Positions 8,836-14,344 of a DNA stretch of 24,000 bases are shown here, piece after piece; position 1 is the first letter of the stretch; every line of letters starts with the position of its first letter. The notes under the pieces are model-generated. The model saw nothing but the letters and a program-made list of their open reading frames with translations. It was not told the DNA's origin and ran no database searches. The DNA lies in the NCBI GenBank assembly GCA_934466455.1, contig CAKSLF010000012.1, positions 27,939 to 51,938 of the forward strand. The letters run 5' to 3'. The translations under genes and the position numbers were made by a program. Source of the stretch: an uncultured Oscillospiraceae bacterium. GTDB lineage: Bacteria > Bacillota > Clostridia > Oscillospirales > Ruminococcaceae.

Positions 8836-10203
8836 TTAAAAGGGCATTCCCATTCCGCCGCCGCTCTGCATTTGGCTCAGCATCTGGCGCATCTTTTTGC
8901 CCTGTTTTCCGTTACCGGAAAGCTGCTTCATCATCTTTTGCATTTGTTCAAACTGCTTCAGCAGGCGGTTTACATCCTCTACCTTTGTTCCGCTGCCGGC
9001 GGCAATTCTTCTTTTTCTCTGCGCCGAGATGATGGAGGGCTTTGCCCTCTCTTTTTTTGTCATTGAGTTTATTATTGCTTCCGTCATGACAAGCTGCTTT
9101 TCGCCCTTTTCGGTTTCCTCGTCGCTGAGTTTTTTCTTTGCGCCGGGAAGCATAGAAACTATCTGGCTGAGTGAACCCATCTTGCGAACCTGGCGCATCT
9201 GCTCAAGAAGGTCGTTCATATCAAAATTATTTTCGCCAAGTTTTTTTGCCATTTCTTCGGCTTTTTTTGCGTCAAGGTGTTCCTCTGCTTTTTCAATAAG
9301 CGTAAGAACATCGCCCATGCCGAGAATTCTTGAAGCCATACGGTCGGGATAAAACGGTTCCAAGTCGGTAAGTTTTTCGCCTGTACCGGTAAATTTAATC
9401 GGTGCGCCGGTAACAGCTCTTACCGAAAGTGCCGCACCGCCTCTTGTGTCGCCGTCAAGCTTTGTAAGGATCACACCGGTTATGCCAAGCTTTTCGTTAA
9501 AGGACTGGGCAACATTTACGGCGTCCTGACCCGTCATAGAGTCGATAACAAGCAAAATTTCCTCCGGATGAAACTGCTCTTTAAGGCGCAGCAGCTCGTC
9601 CATAAGCTCCGTATCTATATGCAAGCGACCCGCAGTATCCAAAATAACTATGTCATTGCCATAGTCCTTTGCGTGGGCAATAGCTTTTTTTGCAATTTCG
9701 CAAGGGTCAATCTGCCCCATCTCAAATACGGGAACATCAATCTGGCTGCCAACCACCTTTAACTGGTCAATCGCCGCAGGACGATAGACATCGCAGGCAA
9801 CAAGCAGCGGTCGCTTGCCCATTTTCTTAAAATGAAGAGCAAGCTTTCCGGAATGAGTGGTTTTACCCGAACCTTGAAGACCGACCATCATAATAACGGT
9901 AGGTATCTTCGAAGAAAAATTTATGCGGGCGTTGGATTCGCCCATAAGAGCAGTAAGCTCCTCGTTAACAATTTTTATTACATGCTGGGCAGGGGTAAGG
10001 CTTTCCAAAACCTCTGCACCAACCGCTCTCTCGCTGACCCTCGCCACAAAGTCCTTTGCAACCTTGTAGTTTACATCGGCCTCCAGAAGGGCAAGCCGCA
10101 CCTCCCGCATAGCGGTTTTTACATCACTTTCGGTCAGCTTTCCTTTATTTTTAAGCTTTTTGAAAACCGCAGAAAGCTTATCGGATAATCCTTCAAATGC
10201 CAT
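8836..10203 (-). CDS. ffh: signal recognition particle protein Ffh
   Basis: N domain, then a G domain (GLQGSGKTT, DTAGR, TKLDGD), then a Met-rich M domain ending ...QMQSGGGMGMPF. Confidence 0.97.
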   Translation of the reverse strand: MAFEGLSDKLSAVFKKLKNKGKLTESDVKTAMREVRLALLEADVNYKVAKDFVARVSERAVGAEVLESLTPAQHVIKIVNEELTALMGESNARINFSSKIPTVIMMVGLQGSGKTTHSGKLALHFKKMGKRPLLVACDVYRPAAIDQLKVVGSQIDVPVFEMGQIDPCEIAKKAIAHAKDYGNDIVILDTAGRLHIDTELMDELLRLKEQFHPEEILLVIDSMTGQDAVNVAQSFNEKLGITGVILTKLDGDTRGGAALSVRAVTGAPIKFTGTGEKLTDLEPFYPDRMASRILGMGDVLTLIEKAEEHLDAKKAEEMAKKLGENNFDMNDLLEQMRQVRKMGSLSQIVSMLPGAKKKLSDEETEKGEKQLVMTEAIINSMTKKERAKPSIISAQRKRRIAAGSGTKVEDVNRLLKQFEQMQKMMKQLSGNGKQGKKMRQMLSQMQSGGGMGMPF

Positions 10204-10218
10204 TATATATTCTCCAGT

Positions 10219-10581
10219 TTAATCGTTAAGGTGGCTTGCAATGCCGATAATCTCGGCAGTATGGTTTGTGATTTCACGAATAGTTGCTCCGTGAAGGCTG
10301 TCGTTTTCGATTGCGTGGGCTTCGCTTATTATTGTATCAAGCCCACGCTGAATTTCACGAAAGCGTTTTGCAAGCCCAAGCTTTTCTTCCATTTTCGTAA
10401 GGGTTGCCTCCGCCCTCTTTATTGAGTCGCAGACGCCCTGCCTTGTTATTCCGAGATGTTCGGATATTTCGGCAAGAGAGAGGTCGTCGTTATAATAATA
10501 ATCAATAACATCTTGCTGTTTTTCGGTAAGTATTTCACCGTAAAAATCAAACAGCAGAGAAATGTTCATATCCTTTGCCAC
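10219..10581 (-). CDS. ylxM: YlxM/UPF0122 putative DNA-binding protein (sigma-70 region-4-like HTH)
   Basis: ...NISLLFDFYGEILTEKQQDVIDYYYNDDLSLAEISEHLGITRQGVCDSIKRAE... GTG 10581 sits 8 nt after GGAGG (10594..10590); ATG 10569 is the alternative. The tracked start 10659 lies inside the promoter -35. Confidence 0.85.
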   Translation of the reverse strand: MAKDMNISLLFDFYGEILTEKQQDVIDYYYNDDLSLAEISEHLGITRQGVCDSIKRAEATLTKMEEKLGLAKRFREIQRGLDTIISEAHAIENDSLHGATIREITNHTAEIIGIASHLND

Positions 10582-10630
10582 AACGACCGCCTCCTTTTGT
10601 AAAGTATTTTGCTTTACAGCAGCATTTAAT

Positions 10631-10659
10631 ATTATAAAGGAAAAACCTTTACATGTCAA
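10631..10659 (-). promoter_or_regulatory. consensus sigma-A promoter of the ylxM-ffh-rpsP operon
   Basis: On the minus strand: TTGACA (10659..10654), exactly 17 nt, TATAAT (10636..10631). Both hexamers match consensus perfectly. Confidence 0.65.
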
Positions 10660-10767
10660 GCATTTTTACTCTTGTTTTTATAAATATGAGTATAAAAAGC
10701 CGCATTGCCGAGATTGCCGCTGCCGATTTACCGTTTTTGAAGCTTTAATGCGTTTTTGTTGGCGGCG

Positions 10768-10812
10768 GCAAAAGCCCTTTTACGCTGCCGGCGCAAAGGG
10801 GCTTTTGCTTTG
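10768..10812 (+). other. terminator-like hairpin, + orientation, with no + strand gene
   Basis: GCAAAAGCCC (10768-10777) pairs with GGGCTTTTGC (10799-10808) around a 21-nt loop holding a GCCGGC palindrome. TTTG follows. Confidence 0.3.
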
Positions 10813-10916
10813 CCGATTATTAAAATATCGCAAAGGAAAATCTTTGCCTGCTAAATACTATTGGCAATTTACATCTTGTTTTTTGCTTCTGCGCTTGCGG
10901 TGCCCAATAAAAGCAC

Positions 10917-11090
10917 AGCTTCAAGCACGGAATAGGTGCTGCGTTCAAGCAAATAATGTTGAGCACGGTATCAAAAGTTCGCACTAAGTGCCGTGTGCGG
11001 CACGCCCGAAATCAGGGGCGGCATGTTCAAAATTATATTAAATGTGCTTGCCGCCGTGTTCCCACAAAAAAATCCATGCTCAAAGCAAAA
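10917..11090 (+). repeat. intergenic element A, related to element B at 15989-16047
   Basis: Three collinear blocks are shared with B: AGCTTcAAGCACGGAAT (10917-10933), CATGTTCAAAATT (11022-11034, exact) and TGcTCAAAGCAAA (11077-11089). Each element is followed by a hairpin. Confidence 0.5.
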
Positions 11091-11158
11091 GGCAGCGTGC
11101 TCAAAAGCTGACTTCGCATAATAAAACATGAGAAGTTAGTCAAAGCATGCTGCCTTTT
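11087..11158 (-). terminator. long imperfect hairpin, probable ubiX terminator (bidirectional shape)
   Basis: AAAAGGCAGCGTGCT (11087-11101) pairs with AGCATGCTGCCTTTT (11144-11158), 14/15 positions plus one G:U. An inner CTGACTTC/GAAGTTAG pairing is possible. It starts 20 nt after the ubiX stop, and both strands have a U-tract. Confidence 0.45.
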
Positions 11159-11177
11159 CTTATCATTTTCAGTTTTT

Positions 11178-11726
11178 TCAACGCCGATAGGCGGCATCTT
11201 CGATTCCGCAAAGTTCCATAACCCGGCAGGCAAACTGTTCGACTATGTCGTCCGCATTTTGCGGTCGGTGATAGAACGACGGCATGGGCGGCACAATATA
11301 CGCACCCATACGGGCAAGCTTCGCCATATTTTCAAGATGTATTTCGTTAAGCGGAGTTTCGTGCGGGCAGATTATAAGCTTTCTGTGCTCCTTCATTGCC
11401 ACATCCGCCGCACGAACGATCAGTTCCGCATCGTATCCGTGCGCAATGGCACTGAGAGTTTTCACCGTGCAGGGGATTATCACCGTTGCGTCGACCTTAT
11501 ATGAACCGCCGGAAATTCCCTCGGCCATATTGCCGTTGCTGCACACTTCGTCCGCAAGAGAGCGCACATATTCTGCGGTATAATCGGTTTCAAGTGCAAT
11601 GGTTTTCTCTGCCCATTCGCTCATAGCCAAAACCGTGGATACTTCCGGGTGGGTTTTCAGCTTTTTAAGCAGCTTTATTCCGTATATAACTCCGGTTGCG
11701 CCGGTAATTCCCACAACGATTTTCAT
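11178..11726 (-). CDS. ubiX: flavin prenyltransferase UbiX (LpdB-type)
   Basis: MKIVVGITGATGVIYGIKLLKKL...VIIPCTVKTLSAIAHGY...LIICPHETPLNEIHLENM... Start ATG 11726 is 7 nt after GGAGG and forms an ATGA overlap with the upstream stop. The tracked 11780 start is an extension. Confidence 0.92.
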   Translation of the reverse strand: MKIVVGITGATGVIYGIKLLKKLKTHPEVSTVLAMSEWAEKTIALETDYTAEYVRSLADEVCSNGNMAEGISGGSYKVDATVIIPCTVKTLSAIAHGYDAELIVRAADVAMKEHRKLIICPHETPLNEIHLENMAKLARMGAYIVPPMPSFYHRPQNADDIVEQFACRVMELCGIEDAAYRR

Positions 11727-12067
11727 GGCTTTTCCTCCGCAAAGTAGCTTTCGATAAATTTTTCCGCAAGTTCGCTGCAAAGAGCAAGGGTATCCGCAAT
11801 CTCCTCCCCGCTGATGTTGTCGAGATGGATTCCGCAGCAGACTGCGACATTCATCGGCAGCTTTTTACCGAATGCTTTGCACATTCTGTGCATGACTGCG
11901 TCCTCCTTGTGCCCGGCAAAGGCAAAGGTGCATCCTCCGGCAGAAACTGCCCCAAGGTGGGGCAGTTCTCCTCCGGTCACAATAAAGCACCAATCCTTGC
12001 CCATGGGCCGTGCCTGCATGGATATTTTAAGCCGTCCTTTTTCCGCAAAGAAAGCTTTCGTTTCCAT
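11723..12067 (-). CDS. LpdD-like small protein (putative prenylated-flavin chaperone/accessory subunit of UbiD-type decarboxylases)
   Basis: The 114-aa protein has IVTGGELPHLGAV and VCCGIHLDNISGEEI. These match my recollection of the GG-x-x-PH-I/L-G and G-I-H motifs of Lactobacillus plantarum LpdD. It is translationally coupled (ATGA) to ubiX. The family call is from memory. Confidence 0.6.
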   Translation of the reverse strand: METKAFFAEKGRLKISMQARPMGKDWCFIVTGGELPHLGAVSAGGCTFAFAGHKEDAVMHRMCKAFGKKLPMNVAVCCGIHLDNISGEEIADTLALCSELAEKFIESYFAEEKP

Positions 12068-12834
12068 TTTTTCAGTCCTTTTTCTTTGTCACAGGCGGAA
12101 TTTGCAGCGTTTTCGGAATTTTGCTGCACTTTCGCAGCGGAATTTTGGGCATTAAAAAAGCCGTTGCTTTCCGCATCGGCTTTCGTTTCGTTTTCTGTTT
12201 TTACTCTTTCGTTTTCTGCGATTCGTTCTTCAACTTTTCGCAAAGCCTCGGAGATATAATTACGCCGCTCCCCGTCTTGTTCCCCCTTTTCCAGCCACGA
12301 GCGATAAATTCTTGCTCGCGTTTTCTCATCCAAGTATTCGCTTTGGATTGGTTTGTTGTTGACGTCATAAAAATTCTCCTTTCCATCTGCAAGCAATGTG
12401 TCTACAAGATGTAAAACATCAGTGTTTTTCTCAGTGTCAAATTCGAGAATTTGGATAATTCCGTTTGTCGTATCTATTGTGTAATCGGTAATTCCCGCTT
12501 TTTCAAGGGCTTTTGCAACGGCAAACTCGTCCATATTGCGGTATCTTATGGTATATTCATAAGCGTTACCGTCGTCAATATTATCGACATATCGCTTCTG
12601 AATCGCCGCTTCCTGCTGCTCATAGCCGTTTTCAGCCATAAGGCTTGCAAAAAGCTGTGCCTGCTCCGGCGTTGCATTTTCGAACTCGAAGCTGTAGCTT
12701 ATTTCGTGAACCTGCTGTCCGGCAGCTTCTCCTTCGGAAAAAGTGAACCCGCCCATATTGTTTGTTTCACCCTTGAGCTTAATTCCGAGTATTTTAGCCG
12801 TGTTTTTCGCATTGTCCGTAAACACCCTGTTCAC
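11977..12834 (-). CDS. hypothetical protein, 'module Z' of the broken multi-module gene; probable gene fragment
   Basis: The tracked ORF starts at GTG 12834. The frame is actually open from 12903, directly after the TAA (12906..12904) that ends the upstream ORF, in the same frame. I recognise no family. The Gln/Asn/Ser-rich tail runs 91 nt into the lpdD-like gene. Confidence 0.5.
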   Translation of the reverse strand: MNRVFTDNAKNTAKILGIKLKGETNNMGGFTFSEGEAAGQQVHEISYSFEFENATPEQAQLFASLMAENGYEQQEAAIQKRYVDNIDDGNAYEYTIRYRNMDEFAVAKALEKAGITDYTIDTTNGIIQILEFDTEKNTDVLHLVDTLLADGKENFYDVNNKPIQSEYLDEKTRARIYRSWLEKGEQDGERRNYISEALRKVEERIAENERVKTENETKADAESNGFFNAQNSAAKVQQNSENAANSACDKEKGLKKWKRKLSLRKKDGLKYPCRHGPWARIGALL

Positions 12835-12903
12835 GGCTTCCTTTACCTGCTGCTTGTTCTCGGCGGTAACCTCCGTGTTATAATACGGCGCAAATGTTGC
12901 ATA

Positions 12904-13479
12904 TTAGCTACTTCTATTATGCTCGAATTTTTGGCTATTGTCAACACTGCTTTTTTGAGCACGGACATTCTCGCTTTGAGCACCGTTTTGATATTCGGGG
13001 GAATATTCATTAGAGGGGTTGACATTGTTTCCGCTTTGTGGTATCTTATCGGTAGAAGAGTTGTTATTCCAAGCGTCTTGGGCGTACATCCGGGGGGCAT
13101 GTCCATCTGGAGCGGAAGAAGCAGCTCTTCTTTTTTCTACTTCCTGTTTAAGCCCCTCTATCTTAGGTATGTCCCCTGTTCCTACTTTTATCATTTGCTT
13201 GTTGTATAGCAAATTGCCATCGCCAACAGCTTCAAGATAATATGTAGTTCCGTTGTGTCGTTTTTCGTAATATATGCCCACTTGCCCGTTTTCTTTTGTA
13301 ACATAATAGACATTATCATAGTTTTCAACAATGTCCGGTATCTGCTTCAAGTCTGCGGCAGTAACCGGATATTTTTCGTTTGCATTGCCTCTGCCGTGAC
13401 TATTGTCTATGTGTCTTATATCGTTGTCGCTCAAAACATGCGTTTTGCCCTCAACATCAACGCCGTAAAGAGTTTGCAT
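12904..13479 (-). CDS. hypothetical protein, 'module X copy 1' plus linker tail (PBECR/BECR-like nuclease-type domain, tentative); probable gene fragment
   Basis: MQTLYGVDVEGKTHVLSDNDIRHIDNSHGRGN...VTAADLKQIPDIVENYDNVYYV...GIYYEKRHNGTTYYLEAV. The frame stays open for 117 more codons upstream (to 13830) with no ATG, GTG or TTG, so the ATG at 13479 is probably internal. Confidence 0.55.
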   Translation of the reverse strand: MQTLYGVDVEGKTHVLSDNDIRHIDNSHGRGNANEKYPVTAADLKQIPDIVENYDNVYYVTKENGQVGIYYEKRHNGTTYYLEAVGDGNLLYNKQMIKVGTGDIPKIEGLKQEVEKRRAASSAPDGHAPRMYAQDAWNNNSSTDKIPQSGNNVNPSNEYSPEYQNGAQSENVRAQKSSVDNSQKFEHNRSS

Positions 13480-13505
13480 ATCGGAAACAAGCCTTTCGGA
13501 GGCTT
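12955..13505 (-). repeat. direct repeat copy 1 (~546 bp), partner at 14405-14955
   Basis: Aligned by eye at an offset of exactly 1,450 bp: 2 mismatches in 13121-13500 and 10 mismatches in 12955-13120. Confidence 0.9.
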
Positions 13506-13799
13506 GACCGTATATAATACTGTCTTTTTGCTTCGCAACATCCTCGGCATTTCTTTTTTTGTCGCCATATTCAAGAGCGTATTCAACATAGCTGTTTACA
13601 TTCTCTTGTGTTGCGGGCTTTTCTCTTGTACCTATATTCTCGTCAAAAATACCCCTCGTGCTTTCTTGAGCACCGCTCTTTTTGGCTTGAGCACCGTTTT
13701 GATATTCAGGGGAATATTCGTTAGCGGGGTTGACAGCCTTGTTAGAATCTGCTATATTCTTAGTAGAGGCAACCTCCAGTTGCTCTGATGTCCGTGAGT

Positions 13800-14344
13800 T
13801 TAGCTCTGGCTCAGAGGAGGTTGTCTTTTTTTATTTATATTTATATTTGAAAGGTCGTAAAAAAGCTTTCTTCCGTCTTTTTTTACCCCTATCAGAACAT
13901 CCGCAGAATATTCATTTTCGCCGATTTTCAGGTTTACATTTCCTCTGTCAAAAGAAACAATATTATCGTTCCTCGGATGCTCCGGAGGCTCATTTTTATA
14001 CTCGGTGCTTAGGGAAATGGTATCAAGATATGGCGAAGTACGCATTTTATCTGCGTATACTTCCGGCTCATAAGATGAAAGGTTTTTGCTTTCTTTGGAA
14101 TTTGAAAACTCTCCCCGGCTTTTTGCAGAAACTTCAATATGTTCTCCGTTTATGCTGAATCCTTCAGGGAAAACACTGCGGATAATGTTCTTAACCCTCG
14201 CAAGCCAATCTTTTTTCGGAAAGTTTTCAAGAACATCCGATTTTATATCAATGGTAGTGTTATTGTCTGCATCGGTAATAACGCTAACGCCCTTCTTTAT
14301 CTCCGCAACTTCTTGCTCAGAAAGAGAGTATTTTTCTCTCTTCG
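13800..14344 (-). pseudogene. start-less open frame, 'module Y' (second BECR-like nuclease-type domain, tentative)
   Basis: The tracked ORF is 13800..14045. My translation shows ~100 further sense codons upstream with no ATG, GTG or TTG: TKREKYSLSEQEVAEIKKGVSVITDADNNTTIDIKSDVLENFPKKDWLARVKNIIRSVFPEGFSINGEHIEVSAKSRGEFSNSKESKNLSSYEPEVYADK-MRTSPYLD...EHPRNDNIVSFDRGNVNLKIGENEYSADVLIGVKKDGRKLFYDLSNINI. Confidence 0.6.

Noticed and set aside
10951-11110. Small basic peptides encoded on the + strand of elements A and B: a ~51-aa ORF from ATG ~10955, and a 15-aa MSTMFKIELGVFKAK ending at 16051.
   Set aside because: No Shine-Dalgarno sequence precedes either ATG. The two peptides are not alignable beyond the shared nucleotide blocks, and lengths differ threefold.
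10660-11177. An SRP RNA, tRNA, tmRNA or 6S RNA in the large intergenic regions (also 684-976 and 15800-16228).
   Set aside because: I could not find a tRNA cloverleaf with T-loop GTTCRANNC context. I also found no SRP domain IV motif (GGAA/AGCA symmetric loop context). No other diagnostic core was visible. A covariance-model search would be needed to exclude other sRNAs.
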